DNA from: Leptolyngbyaceae cyanobacterium
GTDB lineage: Bacteria; Cyanobacteriota; Cyanobacteriia; Phormidesmidales; Phormidesmidaceae
NCBI GenBank assembly: GCA_965263355.1
Contig: CBDHHL010000032.1
Coordinates: forward strand, 2,080,001 to 2,144,000
Length of the DNA: 64,000 bases
Reading direction: 5' to 3'
Shown here: positions 53,018-63,877 of the stretch, piece after piece
How positions within the stretch are numbered: position 1 is the stretch's first letter
How the letters are laid out: every line of letters starts with the position of its first letter
Program-made: the position numbers and the translations under genes
Notes under the pieces: model-generated
Told to the model about the DNA's origin: nothing
Database searches by the model: none
Seen by the model: only the letters and a program-made list of their open reading frames with translations

Positions 53018-53434
53018 TCATGTAGGCAAAGCAATCACACCAAGCTGTTGAAACATAGCCAGCTGATCTAAAACTTCCCATTCCTCAATAATTTTCCCTG
53101 CCTTAAACCGACTGAGAATGGTTCCATGCACATTTATCGGTTTCCCAGTCGCCGGTATGCCCATTAGGTCTCCCTCATGGGTACCGGTTAACGTAAAACA
53201 GGTGACGATTTTGTTCTCTTCAGTCGTCAAGTCATCAATCTGTATCTTTAAGTCGGGAAACGCCGTACGAAACGTGCCAATAAACCCTTTCAGCCCATCT
53301 AGACCATGGATTTCTTCACTGGGACTACCAAAAATGTAGTCTGGATGAAATAGCTCATCAAAAACCAGGAAATTCCCCTTATTGATACCTTCTTCGATAT
53401 AACGACGGATGATTGTTTGATTATTGTTAGCCAT
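53018..53434 (-). CDS. SnoaL-like ester cyclase (NTF2 fold)
   Basis: AFPDL, GTHEGDLMGIPATGK and GKIIEEW motifs. Confidence 0.9.
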   Translation of the reverse strand: MANNNQTIIRRYIEEGINKGNFLVFDELFHPDYIFGSPSEEIHGLDGLKGFIGTFRTAFPDLKIQIDDLTTEENKIVTCFTLTGTHEGDLMGIPATGKPINVHGTILSRFKAGKIIEEWEVLDQLAMFQQLGVIALPT

Positions 53435-53475
53435 GGGTTCCTCCTAATTAGGTCAATCCTTTGCAAAACTCTATG

Positions 53476-53964
53476 TCAAAGACAAAGTGAAACCGTAAAC
53501 ATACCCGCTGATAAGAAAGCAGCCACTGTCCGCACATGGTTCCAAAATGTCCAGTCGGTCAAATATCGAGTCCATAGGGTTGCACCATCTGCACTCCCCG
53601 GTGCAACAACTGCCAGTGCATCATTTAGCGGAATGTTGCCAGCTACTGTTACCCCAATTGTGCCAATCAGATACAGTAAACTACCGACTACCCAATAGAG
53701 GGAACCCGGCTGTTCCCATTGTCGCAGTGCAGCAATCGTCAGTATCAGGCAAGCCACCCCTGGCCCAAAGAAAGCGGCCATAAACCACGGGTTGATGACT
53801 GTAATATTAATGGCTTGCATGGTTGCAATGCCTGATGCGTTGGGCTGTTGCCCCAGGGCCTGCATAACAAATGTGGAAAAGGCAAAGAAAATACCAGCAG
53901 TCAAAGCACTACCGATGGCAGCAAACAGAATTAAAGGTAAACGCAAGTTTTGAACAATAGCCAT
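53476..53964 (-). CDS. DUF1772 / anthrone oxygenase-family membrane protein
   Basis: GIFFAFSTFVMQAL, NIPLNDAL and WTFWNHVRT motifs. Confidence 0.88.
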   Translation of the reverse strand: MAIVQNLRLPLILFAAIGSALTAGIFFAFSTFVMQALGQQPNASGIATMQAINITVINPWFMAAFFGPGVACLILTIAALRQWEQPGSLYWVVGSLLYLIGTIGVTVAGNIPLNDALAVVAPGSADGATLWTRYLTDWTFWNHVRTVAAFLSAGMFTVSLCL

Positions 53965-54100
53965 GATGGTCTCCAGTAAATTGTTATGGTTTGAAATTGG
54001 TGTAATCGGTCCTTTTGACTTCACTCAAGGTCTGGTTGGTAATGAAGTGTCACACCGTTGGCTGAGCGTAGTGGACGTCAACGGTGCTTGTGGCCCGTTT

Positions 54101-54730
54101 TCAATAAGACAAACTCGGAGCCTGACGCAAATAAGCGTCATCAGATAGCTGTTTCAAAATAAAATCAGCCACATCGCCACGGGTAATCTTCAGTTTTGAT
54201 GTCTTATCAGTGCCAGGAAACCCATGGCGATACTGCCCTGTTCGGTCACCCTCAACCAATGCTCCCGGTCGCACAATGGTCCAATCCAGGTCACTTTGCT
54301 GCACATAACTCTCCTGCAGTTCATGGTCAGCAAACACATTCCGCAGAATAAAACCAAACATGATGTACTTCCAGAAAAAGTTCAGACTACCCCAGCTATC
54401 ACCAGCCCCTAGCGTTGTCTGACAGATAAACCGTCGTACACCCGTTTGCTCCATCGCACGGAGAATCTGTCGGGTACCTTCTGATCGAATCTTGCTTTTT
54501 AGTTGCTGACCGGCCCCGAGGATACACACCACCGCATCCTGACCCTGTACTGCCTGCGTCACCGATGACAGGTCCATGACATCCCCTTGAGATACCTTAA
54601 GGTGAGGATGCTGAATATCCAGCTTAGTAGGGGTGCGGACAAATGCCGTTACCCTATGTCCCTGTTCCAGGGCCTGATCCACCACATGACGACCGGTACC
54701 CCCTGTAGCTCCGAAAATGACTAGTTTCAT
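54101..54730 (-). CDS. NAD(P)-binding atypical SDR (flavin reductase/BLVRB-like)
   Basis: FGATGGTG, SDLDWTIVRPG and ITRGDVADF motifs. Confidence 0.9.
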   Translation of the reverse strand: MKLVIFGATGGTGRHVVDQALEQGHRVTAFVRTPTKLDIQHPHLKVSQGDVMDLSSVTQAVQGQDAVVCILGAGQQLKSKIRSEGTRQILRAMEQTGVRRFICQTTLGAGDSWGSLNFFWKYIMFGFILRNVFADHELQESYVQQSDLDWTIVRPGALVEGDRTGQYRHGFPGTDKTSKLKITRGDVADFILKQLSDDAYLRQAPSLSY

Positions 54731-54859
54731 GATGTTTGCTCCTCAGCAATGACATCCTTAGCCTATGGAAATGATTAATTCTGAGCTTTCTATTTCTTGC
54801 GATACTGTCATAATCTTGCGGGTAGTTATAATTAGACTCAGATGTAATGGGCTGGAACT

Positions 54860-55708
54860 GTGCAAGAACCTGCTATACAACTGGTTTCCTCACCCGATCA
54901 GGGCACGGCATCTATTCATGTCGAACAGCTGATAAATCCTGCTGGTGAATGCCATTTCCATTGCGAACATGGGCATACGCTGTTTATGTCCCTTGCTCCT
55001 CGTCCGATTCAATATTTGCAAGCGCAAGATGGTAAAACCCACACAGGGCTTTACAAAAGAGGTGACATCACTATTGTTCCGGCCAATACGCCGCTGTTTG
55101 TTCGGTGGGAAGGGGATGAACATGGCTTAGAAATTCAGCTGACAAATGAGTTTGTAAAACGTGTCGCCCAGGAAACGATTCAGCAGGATTGCGATCGCAT
55201 CCACCTACTCCCTCAATTTCAAACCAATAGTCCCCAGATTGAACCCATTGCCCTGATGCTCCTTAGCGAGCTAAACCAGGGTGCATCAGGCAACCGGCTA
55301 TATCTGGATTCACTGGCTAATGTGCTAGCTGTAAACTTACTCAGACAGCATGCCACCACTAAAACTTCGGTACCCACATACGAAGGTGGCCTACCCCAGC
55401 ATCACATACGGCGAGTTTTAGATTATATTGATGCTCATCTGGACCGCGAAATTAAGCTGGCAGACCTGGCACAGCTACTAGACATGAGCCAGTTTCACTT
55501 TAGCCGTTTATTTAAGCAGTCCATTGGCATCTCTCCCCACCAGTATTTAGTACAACAACGGGTGGAACGAGCTAAACAACTATTGAAACAAACTGATCGC
55601 CTAATTGTGGATATCGCTTTAGAGTGTGGATTTAGCAGCCATAGTCATCTGAGTAAACAGTTTCGTCAAGTGACTGGCATGAGCCCTAAAGCCTTTAGAG
55701 CCAGTTAA
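54860..55708 (+). CDS. AraC-family transcriptional regulator
   Basis: LADLAQ...SQFHFSRLFKQ...IALECGFSSHSHLSKQF; divergent from the SDR operon. Confidence 0.93.
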   Translation: MQEPAIQLVSSPDQGTASIHVEQLINPAGECHFHCEHGHTLFMSLAPRPIQYLQAQDGKTHTGLYKRGDITIVPANTPLFVRWEGDEHGLEIQLTNEFVKRVAQETIQQDCDRIHLLPQFQTNSPQIEPIALMLLSELNQGASGNRLYLDSLANVLAVNLLRQHATTKTSVPTYEGGLPQHHIRRVLDYIDAHLDREIKLADLAQLLDMSQFHFSRLFKQSIGISPHQYLVQQRVERAKQLLKQTDRLIVDIALECGFSSHSHLSKQFRQVTGMSPKAFRAS

Positions 55709-55847
55709 CTATTCTCCGTATCTAAAAACGCTAGTTTTCAACGTGAAAATTCCATTTCACCCTGCACCAATACAACCTAAATATCGTCCCCTTACCCTTA
55801 AATCATTTTTATTCAAAAATATGAAGGACTTTATCTCCGTGAAGTCT

Positions 55848-57227
55848 ATGAAACTGAAATCTGTTATACGATTGCTGATTATCGGCATGCTGGCATTAAG
55901 CCTTCTGAAGACGACGGCTCAAGCAAGCTACCTAGCCCCCCATGTCGACAACCCCTTTGTCGGGGCAATTCCCTATGTAAATCCTGACTATGGGGAAAAA
56001 GTGCAGAAACAAGCTACCCAAACTGCCGGGAGATTAGGCGAGAAAATGACTCAGGTCGCTACCTATCCGACCGCAGTCTGGATGGATCGGATTGGCGCGA
56101 TTACAGGCACATCCGCCGATGGCACCAAAATTGCTATGAGCTTACGCGAGCATTTAGATACTGCATTAGCACAAAAACTCCCTGACAAACCGATCACCTT
56201 TTTGATGTTGGTCTACAACTTGCCAAACCGGGATTGTCATGCCTTAGCCTCAAATGGCGAAATTCCCCATGGCGGCATTGAGCATTATAAAACCGAATAC
56301 ATTGATCCGATTGCAGAGATTTTCAGCGATCCGAAGTACGCAGATATCCGTATTGTTACGGTGATCGAACCGGATTCATTGCCTAACCTCGTCACCAACC
56401 TTTCGACGCCTGCCTGTGCTCTGGCAAAATCGAGTGGCGAATATGTCGAAGGGGTGCAATATGCCTTAGACACACTGCACCAAATCCCCAATGTCTATAC
56501 CTATGTTGACCTTGGTCATTCCGGGTGGTTAGGCTGGGACAGCGCGTTTGGTCCGGCGGTAACACTGATCGCTGATACGATTAAGGGCACAAAAGCTGGC
56601 GTGAACGCAGTGGATGGTTTTATTTCAAATACCTCCGGCAGCACCCCAGCAGTTGAGCCGTTTATGAAAGAATTTACCGGTAGTCAGCCGATCCGCTCCT
56701 CTGATTTCTACGATTGGAACCCATATATCGACGAAGTCAGCTTTATGGGGGCGATGTACGATGCTTTTGTGGCTGAAGGTCTGCCACCGACAATTGGTAT
56801 GTTAGTGGATACCAGCCGTAACGGATGGGGCGGTCCACATCGTCCGACCGCTGCCAGCATCTCTACAGATGTAAATACCTTTGTAGATGAGTCTCGCATT
56901 GATAGGCGACCCCATCGCGGTGGTTGGTGTAACCAGATCGGAATGGGTATTGGTGAACGCCCAGTCACAGAACCGTATGAGCATTTTGACGCGTTTGTAT
57001 GGGTTAAACCTCCGGGAGAATCTGATGGCGTCAGCGAAGCCAACATTATCGATCCCGATGATCCGGCTAAAGGGTTTGACAGGATGTGCGATCCCAATGC
57101 GCCCAATAGAGACAAACCACAATACTCGACCAATGCCATGGCGGGTGCCCCCCATGCCGGACGGTGGTTTGCGGAACAGTTTAAAGTGCTGGTCGAAAAT
57201 GCTTATCCGCCACTTTCATCAAGGTAA
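55848..57227 (+). CDS. Secreted glycoside hydrolase family 6 (cellobiohydrolase-like)
   Basis: Signal peptide; NPFVGA, YNLPNRDC, IEPDSLPNLVTN, HSGWLGW, DTSRNG, WCN, WVKPPGESDG and AGRWF motifs. Confidence 0.93.
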   Translation: MKLKSVIRLLIIGMLALSLLKTTAQASYLAPHVDNPFVGAIPYVNPDYGEKVQKQATQTAGRLGEKMTQVATYPTAVWMDRIGAITGTSADGTKIAMSLREHLDTALAQKLPDKPITFLMLVYNLPNRDCHALASNGEIPHGGIEHYKTEYIDPIAEIFSDPKYADIRIVTVIEPDSLPNLVTNLSTPACALAKSSGEYVEGVQYALDTLHQIPNVYTYVDLGHSGWLGWDSAFGPAVTLIADTIKGTKAGVNAVDGFISNTSGSTPAVEPFMKEFTGSQPIRSSDFYDWNPYIDEVSFMGAMYDAFVAEGLPPTIGMLVDTSRNGWGGPHRPTAASISTDVNTFVDESRIDRRPHRGGWCNQIGMGIGERPVTEPYEHFDAFVWVKPPGESDGVSEANIIDPDDPAKGFDRMCDPNAPNRDKPQYSTNAMAGAPHAGRWFAEQFKVLVENAYPPLSSR

Positions 57228-57260
57228 TTGCAATCGATTAAAAGTACTACTAGAGGTGCG

Positions 57261-57791
57261 CTATAGCCTTCGAACAAACAGTGAGTCCGGGCGATTTTCA
57301 AGCCCTAACGGCAGATACACGTGTTGCCATGGAGCATCAATAGCGTCGTCCATTTCCACATCGACATCACTCAACAACAACCGTAAACATTCTTCAGTTA
57401 ACGGTTGTATTACTTCAGCGCTATACCCATCACCATTAAAGACAAGGGAAATATTTTGGATCCCTTGATGGGGTAATGTTAGCAGCTTAGCCAGGAACCT
57501 CAGACCATTCGAATAACCTGCTTTATCATCTGGTGTAGCATCAATACAAACACGAAGTGAAGAATTATCCTTTGCCTGTGTAAATGACAACGATGTGTAA
57601 GTACCTGGCCAACCTGTTGGAATAGAATGATGCCATCGCACATCACCCATCTCACTGCCAAACCCATAGATACACTCAAATCCTGAAGGGGGTGTACTCA
57701 AATATGTTGTCATCGAGTCAGAAGAGAGACCTAAAATCTCCCATGACAAGCTAAATTCAATAAACTGGCCGCGCCATGAAAGCCATTTCAT
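57261..57791 (-). CDS. Hypothetical protein
   Basis: 176 aa, starts 1 bp after the GNAT stop codon. Confidence 0.6.
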   Translation of the reverse strand: MKWLSWRGQFIEFSLSWEILGLSSDSMTTYLSTPPSGFECIYGFGSEMGDVRWHHSIPTGWPGTYTSLSFTQAKDNSSLRVCIDATPDDKAGYSNGLRFLAKLLTLPHQGIQNISLVFNGDGYSAEVIQPLTEECLRLLLSDVDVEMDDAIDAPWQHVYLPLGLENRPDSLFVRRL

Positions 57792-57792
57792 T

Positions 57793-58254
57793 TTAGTTTT
57801 TAGCCGCTAAAACCTTACGATAAACAATCTTGTCAGCACCTATGTCATAAAAATCGCGTATTCGTGCTTCTTCACTGTAGCCACACTTACAATAAAACGC
57901 TCTGGTCCGGTCAAAACTTGCTAGCGTCTCCACTAGCAATAAGCGAGCATTCCGTTCTTTTAATAGTTGCTCCACATGGCGTATTAATACAGTTCCACGC
58001 CCTTGCCCCTGATACTCAGGTTGAATAGCGATAAAGAGTAAATTCCACGTGCCATTGGTCATCCGCTCTGGTGCGCAGTAAGCTACACCTACTGGTCCGT
58101 CATCATCATCGGTCAGCCAAACGTGCTCGCCGTTACCACTAAAGAAATCGGCCATCATTTCGCTCAAAACCCTACATTCACTCGGTTCAAAGCCAATTGC
58201 TTCAGCAATGGCCAGCAGGGCAGTTGTGTCATCAGGGATAGTAGGTCGAATCAT
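57793..58254 (-). CDS. GNAT-family N-acetyltransferase
   Basis: IAIQPEYQGQGRG and RAFYCKCGYSEEARIRDFY motifs. Confidence 0.92.
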   Translation of the reverse strand: MIRPTIPDDTTALLAIAEAIGFEPSECRVLSEMMADFFSGNGEHVWLTDDDDGPVGVAYCAPERMTNGTWNLLFIAIQPEYQGQGRGTVLIRHVEQLLKERNARLLLVETLASFDRTRAFYCKCGYSEEARIRDFYDIGADKIVYRKVLAAKN

Positions 58255-58418
58255 AGAATATCACAGGTAGATGGCATTGTTACTAGGGGTGTCATTGATT
58301 CTGAACAATTCTCTGCAAAACAGCAAAACTATCTTGTGCAGCAGCATATTAATGGTTTGCAGGGCATATCCTAACTGTCTTTGGCAGCGTTCAACAGAGA
58401 CTATACAAACTTATAACC

Positions 58419-60158
58419 TTAAAGGGCTCTTGCCTCAGTGACAGTAAAGTTACGAGTGACTATGCCCAATAAGTCTCTTTCGTGATTATTACTATCTTTT
58501 ACAGAATCTACTTTGACGGAATATAGTTTAAACCTAATAGTGTTTACACCATCCTTCAGAATATTATCTTGTTTTCTGTGGCCTTTGAGTTTCCCTGCGG
58601 TGTCCCCAAACAGACTATAGGGCTCATTGTTTTCAATCTTAGTATATTTACCGTTAAGGTTAAGATATATGCTGACTACTTTGTTGAAAAAGTAGCTGCT
58701 TTCGGGAATGGAGGCTGAAATTGTAATCTTCCGATTGGCAATGTCGTTAGCAGATACCTCGGCTCCATCCTCAAGGGTAGCAATCAATGGATTGGTCTCG
58801 GTCTCGGCTTCAAACAAGCCGACTTCAAGGTCATCAGTTGGCTCCGTTGAAGGCGTTTCTTCTTCATCGTCTGGTTGAGATGTCGTTCGGATCTTGAGCT
58901 TAACGGGTAGGTTTACGATCTTTTCGATGCAATCTATTGTGGCATCGGAAACTTGGATGCCAAGTCTTTCGGCTCGATGCTGGTCGAGTTCGATATAATC
59001 ATCAAGTTCCGAGTTTTTGTCTGAGTCTTCATCCAGGACAAGCTCTAACGCATCGGCAAATTCCAGGACGGAAAACACACGTTGACACTCGATTTGTTTG
59101 GTTAGTTCGGCAAGGGTTTCGGTATCTACAACACCTGGCTCACCTTGAGGACCTGGTTCACCCTGTATGCCTTGGAGGCCAGTCTCGCCCTGAGGGCCTT
59201 GCGCGCCTTGGGGGCCAATTTCTCCTTGCTCGCCCTGTAGACCTTGTTCACCTTGGGGGCCTGGTTCTCCTTGGGGGCCTGGTTCTCCTTGAGGACCTGG
59301 TTCACCCTGTATGCCCTGGGGACCAGTCTCGCCCTGTAGACCTTGTTCTCCTTGGGGACCTTGTTCTCCTTGGGGACCAGTTTCTCCTTGATGCCCTTGC
59401 TCGCCCTGCTCCCCCCGTAAGCCTTGGGTAGCATCTAGTATGGCGAGGGTGAATGTAGATTTAGAGGAGCCGTCAGTTATGCTGATCTGGTGGATGCCAA
59501 CAGAAAGTTGGTCTGATGAAATGCTGGTACCGGTGCCAATCAAACCATCGATGCTGGAGGTCCAGGTAGGTTCGGTGACTTCGGCGGGAATGGCGGAAAA
59601 TAAGACAGCGGTGCCTGCGGTTGCGATCGCTCCATCAGTGGGGCTGGTAATGCGGGGGCCGGTCATAAATGAGATATCATCCAGGACCAGGGTGGCCAAA
59701 TTGTTGTTGGGGTTTTGTATCAAAACGGAGGCGATGGGAATATCGCTGACAAAACCGATAAAGCCCTTGGCATTTGTGGCAGGAAAGTCATAGGTATCCT
59801 CGTTGAAGGTGGCCTGGGCCGCATCGCCAGTGGATTTGGGGGCTGAGTAGTCCACCCCCCAGGCTAGAACAGGTTTGGGAAACTGAATGCTGAGGGAGGC
59901 TTTGGGGTTACCATCAAGACCCAGATAGAGAGCGGTTGTGCCGTTAATGGTCTGGGAGTTGGTGCCTTCAATCAGGACCATACTGCCTGTTGCGCCAATG
60001 GGTTTTACGGTCTCAAGTTCAAGCTCACCAGCGGTATTGATATCGTTGTAGATCAATGTTCGGGGTAGCTCGGCATTAAAGGTTTCAGTCGTTAGCGGAT
60101 TATCGTTTACCGTGGCTTCCCAGGTTTCTCGGTCGAAAAAGGAGAGTGTAGTGCTCAT
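58419..60158 (-). CDS. Collagen-like multidomain protein (33 Gly-X-Y triplets, PKD/Ig-like segment)
   Basis: GXY run at 59127-59423; ITSPTDG...WTSSIDG...LSVGIHQI segment; C-terminal [11 protein letters not shown] module. Confidence 0.85.
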   Translation of the reverse strand: MSTTLSFFDRETWEATVNDNPLTTETFNAELPRTLIYNDINTAGELELETVKPIGATGSMVLIEGTNSQTINGTTALYLGLDGNPKASLSIQFPKPVLAWGVDYSAPKSTGDAAQATFNEDTYDFPATNAKGFIGFVSDIPIASVLIQNPNNNLATLVLDDISFMTGPRITSPTDGAIATAGTAVLFSAIPAEVTEPTWTSSIDGLIGTGTSISSDQLSVGIHQISITDGSSKSTFTLAILDATQGLRGEQGEQGHQGETGPQGEQGPQGEQGLQGETGPQGIQGEPGPQGEPGPQGEPGPQGEQGLQGEQGEIGPQGAQGPQGETGLQGIQGEPGPQGEPGVVDTETLAELTKQIECQRVFSVLEFADALELVLDEDSDKNSELDDYIELDQHRAERLGIQVSDATIDCIEKIVNLPVKLKIRTTSQPDDEEETPSTEPTDDLEVGLFEAETETNPLIATLEDGAEVSANDIANRKITISASIPESSYFFNKVVSIYLNLNGKYTKIENNEPYSLFGDTAGKLKGHRKQDNILKDGVNTIRFKLYSVKVDSVKDSNNHERDLLGIVTRNFTVTEARAL

Positions 60159-60205
60159 GGTGTAAGACTTATAGCAATCGTGATTAGTAAGATAAATTGG
60201 GTCCG

Positions 60206-61906
60206 TTACACGGCGACTAATTTATCCTGTGAGGATGGGGATTTATTTCTATGGGCTAATAATTCTTGAGCACCTTTGTGGTGAGGATCTTGGTTGAGAA
60301 CTTGCTGAAGTAAGGTTGTAGCTCGGTGTGGGCGTCCTAAGTGCTGACAGCACAGAGCCATGTTGAGCAAAGTCTGAATCTTTTGGCCATGGAGTTTATT
60401 AGACTGTTCAAAATAGTTCAGAGCAAGATCATAGTCCTGGAGTTTATAACAAAGATTAGCAATATTAGAGGCGAGATCGTTGTCTTCGCCAATGGGAAAG
60501 TAGCGTTGCCAAACCTGGTCAATGGCGGTTAGCACAGCTCTGTATTCCTGGGGGGTAACATTGGGGGCCAGCTGGTGCAGCCGAGGCAGGTAGCGACCAA
60601 ACTGGTGGCTATCGTAGTGACTGAGACGCAGGTAGGCAAGGATGTCGGCCACATCCATCTGGTTCAGGGTGTGTTGAACATGTTTGGTAATGCGGAAAAA
60701 GTCATCGGGGCCAAACGTTTGGACATAGCGATCGTAGGCTGCTTGCGTTTGGCGGTATCGTTCGGGTTGATGGCCCATGATTAGAGCAATGACACAGAGG
60801 CTTTGGGGGGGCGTAGTGGGTGTGAGGGCAATGCCACCTTGTTGTTCACAGAAGGTTTTGAATAGCCCATAATTGACGCTGAGGGAGAAACAACCGTGAT
60901 GGGTGACAAGTTTTGGAGAGTGATTATTCTGGAGTTGGCTGAGGTCGAGTTTGCCTTTGTCAGCGGAGAGTAGCAATAGGCCTTGCTGGGAAAATGCCTG
61001 TAAACGTTTAAGGCAGAGGAGTCCAGTGTTGGGGACCAGGAGGTGCGTGTCGGTGAGCTGCTGCTTGTAGTGGTGCAGGAGGGCTTGGAGTTGAGGATCC
61101 AGGTTGGTGAGGTCGGTGGGTTGGTAATCGTAGTGGAGATCGAGCTGATCTAGGAGTTCTCCAGGAGTTAGCTCTTTGGGTTTCTGGTGGCAGAAGAGAG
61201 AGACGAAACAGCTGTGAAGCTGACCGTTGTTAATGTAGTAAAGGTCTTGTGGAATACTGTCAAAGAGGTAGTTGGCGATGACAATTAAAGGACGATCAAG
61301 GGTCTGTGGCGTGAGGATTTGGCCACTTTGCTGGAGGCTGAGCTGGTTATCATAGCTGATATCAAAGCGTGCAGTATCAAGGATACCCTGCTGGAAAAAG
61401 GGACGAAACTGAAAATGGTGATGCCAGGCGTCAAGGTTGGCCTGAGCGAAGTCGGTGAGAATATAGCGGAAGTGGGTAAGAGAGACTTGGTTTTGCTGGC
61501 AGATCTGGGTAAGGTGGGAGAGAAAGTGGAATGCAAAGCGACCGGACCCAGCCCCCAGTTCGCACAGGTAAATGGGTTGGGCACTGGTGAGATGCTGGGT
61601 TTGGTCCTGCCAACAGGCAAAGGCTATTTCAGCATAGGCATGGGCAATAGTGGGATTGCTGGTAATGTAGTGGGGAACCTCACCCTGGGACCAGGCATTA
61701 AGCCCCCGCTGACTAAAGTAGTCCCGCTGTAGCGTCCATAACAGGGATTGGGAAAATGGCTGGGGCTTAGCAACACAGAATCCTCTATGGTCACGTTCAA
61801 TGCTGTCCAGGAAATTGGAGTTACCTGGTAGGTCTGGTCTGTGTGTGGTGGAGGTAGAATACTCCCCACAGATAAGCCTATGGTTTCTACTTTTCTTTTT
61901 TCCCAT
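60206..61906 (-). CDS. SAM-dependent methyltransferase (MidA/NDUFAF7-like) with C-terminal TPRs; start uncertain
   Basis: [15 protein letters not shown] motif I, YILTD and [13 protein letters not shown]-terminal TPR helices. Confidence 0.8.
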   Translation of the reverse strand: MGKKKSRNHRLICGEYSTSTTHRPDLPGNSNFLDSIERDHRGFCVAKPQPFSQSLLWTLQRDYFSQRGLNAWSQGEVPHYITSNPTIAHAYAEIAFACWQDQTQHLTSAQPIYLCELGAGSGRFAFHFLSHLTQICQQNQVSLTHFRYILTDFAQANLDAWHHHFQFRPFFQQGILDTARFDISYDNQLSLQQSGQILTPQTLDRPLIVIANYLFDSIPQDLYYINNGQLHSCFVSLFCHQKPKELTPGELLDQLDLHYDYQPTDLTNLDPQLQALLHHYKQQLTDTHLLVPNTGLLCLKRLQAFSQQGLLLLSADKGKLDLSQLQNNHSPKLVTHHGCFSLSVNYGLFKTFCEQQGGIALTPTTPPQSLCVIALIMGHQPERYRQTQAAYDRYVQTFGPDDFFRITKHVQHTLNQMDVADILAYLRLSHYDSHQFGRYLPRLHQLAPNVTPQEYRAVLTAIDQVWQRYFPIGEDNDLASNIANLCYKLQDYDLALNYFEQSNKLHGQKIQTLLNMALCCQHLGRPHRATTLLQQVLNQDPHHKGAQELLAHRNKSPSSQDKLVAV

Positions 61907-62157
61907 AAGTTGAATCGCGATCGCACTGTAAAGTAACAGGTAGAATGTCCAATTGAAGCACCAGTATTCTTGTCTTGACAGGATGTTGCCAGCAGATAAG
62001 GTTGAGGGGTAGAGATATGGCGATTCCTCCCCCCAACTGTCTCCTGGTGGAAGCATTGCAGATGTAGATCAGGTGGAATATTTAGTATTTTCCATTGAGA
62101 GAACTAGCACCAATGTATATTTCCTCCAAAGGAGAAGACTTAATAATATCCTGTTAT

Positions 62158-62192
62158 GGTTGTTGGGTTTCTTGTTTCAATCCACCCTACGA
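62158..62192 (-). repeat. GTAG REP-like element
   Basis: Minus strand CGTAGGGTGGATTGAAACAAGAAACCCAAC, related to the repeats at 545-1911. Confidence 0.45.
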
Positions 62193-62238
62193 TGAGAACG
62201 ATCTCACTATTTCATATGGTGAAGGAGCGACTTACTCG

Positions 62239-63600
62239 TTATGTCGGTGCCACATCCTTTTCCTCCTGCTTTTTCTCTTCTTTAGCATCAGCATCAGCTT
62301 TCGGGCCCGCGAAATCGTCTAAGTTCCCATAATACTTAGGTACAAACTCGGAAAACGGCTTATTCCTTTCAGCTATTAAACTTTGAGTAAAACTGGCCTT
62401 CTCTTGTAGGTTTTGTGGTTCATGATCCCGCAACGGCATAAACATGTCGCAGGAAAAACAGGCTGGGACTATAACTTTCCATCCTTGGGCAATGAGCTGC
62501 GTTATCTCTGCTCTCAGGCTTTCGGGTGTAGGAGAGTCTAGGTCGGGATGCCATATGTCTCGAACTTCTATCTGTAGGTCGGGGTTATCGCCAACTAGCT
62601 TCTCTGAACTAAGTAAATCTTGTGCATAGAACTCGACAGGGAAATGACGTTTTTGACCACCGCCTACCGTCAAAGCATCTGTAGCATGTAGGTAGGATAT
62701 ATTTCCGTCCTGATCCTTTACCATTCCCATTTGTTGCATATGCGAACCGCTTATTACCACAAACTTGTTATTTTCCTGAGGGTCTGTTTGATGTAGGGTT
62801 TCAACCAGTTCTCTCCATGCAGTATTTCCAGCTTGTGCTGGAGTTATGTATAGATCATGAACTTTTACGAACGGAACTGCCTCAAACACAAACTGATTCT
62901 GAAAGTCTTTCTCCACATTAAGTCTTTGTCTAATTTGGCTCTTGCTACCCGTTCCCAGATAATACATTTGCTCTGCCACGAGGGGTGACAACTCTTGGTC
63001 ATCATGATCATACAATCTTATTCCTTTGTTATATAATCGCTGTTTTAAGGGATTATTTTTATTCTTAAATTCCTGTAATCCTTTTGCAAATGCTTTCTTC
63101 ACACCTTTCTGGGTAGCTTTGACGATCTTGTCTTCTTCTTTTCGCCTGGACCTCAGGGTCCCTTGAAAATCTGGCTGGTTCAAGGGCGCTCCATGTTTGA
63201 GCATTTTAGAAAGCCTCATGGGTAATGGGTTACCGTAGTGGGTTAGATTTCCCTTTGTAACTTTGCCTTTCACTTTGCTCCAGTCTCGCGGTCCCTTGCT
63301 CCTCCTCACTGCCACATTTGTAGAGGCATCTGTTCCAGATCCATCGTCGACTTTAATCTCTTGTAGCTTGCTGTCCCCGTTATCACTGTCTCCAATATCG
63401 CTAACAGTGCTATCTCCAGGGGATAAATCTGAATCTAAAACAGAAACACTGGTCAAGTCAGCAATATCAGCTTCAGATCCTCTTCTTTTTCTTCGTTGTC
63501 TACTCTGGTTATTTTGATTCTTTAGCGCGTCATTAACGTTGCCTACGCTACGGCTGCGGCTTCTCTCTTTTTTCTTACCTTTCCCTGGACCTGAAAACAT
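62239..63600 (-). CDS. Effector-like hypothetical protein: basic disordered N-terminus, putative His/Cys protease C-terminal domain
   Basis: AAGGAG RBS; KGKKKERSRSRS and RQRRKRR leader; VVISGSH...FYAQD...VIVPACFS. Confidence 0.75.
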   Translation of the reverse strand: MFSGPGKGKKKERSRSRSVGNVNDALKNQNNQSRQRRKRRGSEADIADLTSVSVLDSDLSPGDSTVSDIGDSDNGDSKLQEIKVDDGSGTDASTNVAVRRSKGPRDWSKVKGKVTKGNLTHYGNPLPMRLSKMLKHGAPLNQPDFQGTLRSRRKEEDKIVKATQKGVKKAFAKGLQEFKNKNNPLKQRLYNKGIRLYDHDDQELSPLVAEQMYYLGTGSKSQIRQRLNVEKDFQNQFVFEAVPFVKVHDLYITPAQAGNTAWRELVETLHQTDPQENNKFVVISGSHMQQMGMVKDQDGNISYLHATDALTVGGGQKRHFPVEFYAQDLLSSEKLVGDNPDLQIEVRDIWHPDLDSPTPESLRAEITQLIAQGWKVIVPACFSCDMFMPLRDHEPQNLQEKASFTQSLIAERNKPFSEFVPKYYGNLDDFAGPKADADAKEEKKQEEKDVAPT

Positions 63601-63694
63601 GGCTTTCTCCTTTTTAATTCGGTAGTAATTAAATCAATTTACTCTTCACTCAAGTACTGCGTTAACTCCTAATTAAACAGCACTTGAACGTTTT

Positions 63695-63793
63695 CTATAC
63701 GATATCCCTATCACGCTCCAAAAACTTTTCTTTGGTCTTTGGCAATGCCGGTGCTCCCCCTATTCCTCGAATTGGTTCAGCTAATGTTGTCAT
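63695..63793 (-). CDS. Putative 32-aa small protein
   Basis: TAAGGAG RBS then MTTLAEPIRGIGGAPALPKTKEKFLERDRDIV*; below the ORF-track cutoff. Confidence 0.4.
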   Translation of the reverse strand: MTTLAEPIRGIGGAPALPKTKEKFLERDRDIV

Positions 63794-63877
63794 CTTTTTC
63801 TCCTTATACTGCTGCTATGAACGTTTGCTGTGGTGCCATCCAACGCCTGACGTACTAGCTTGGGTGGAGTCTCGATA

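Noticed and set aside
58937..59434. Repetitive alternative-frame ORFs
   Set aside because: Shadows of the collagen GXY repeat.
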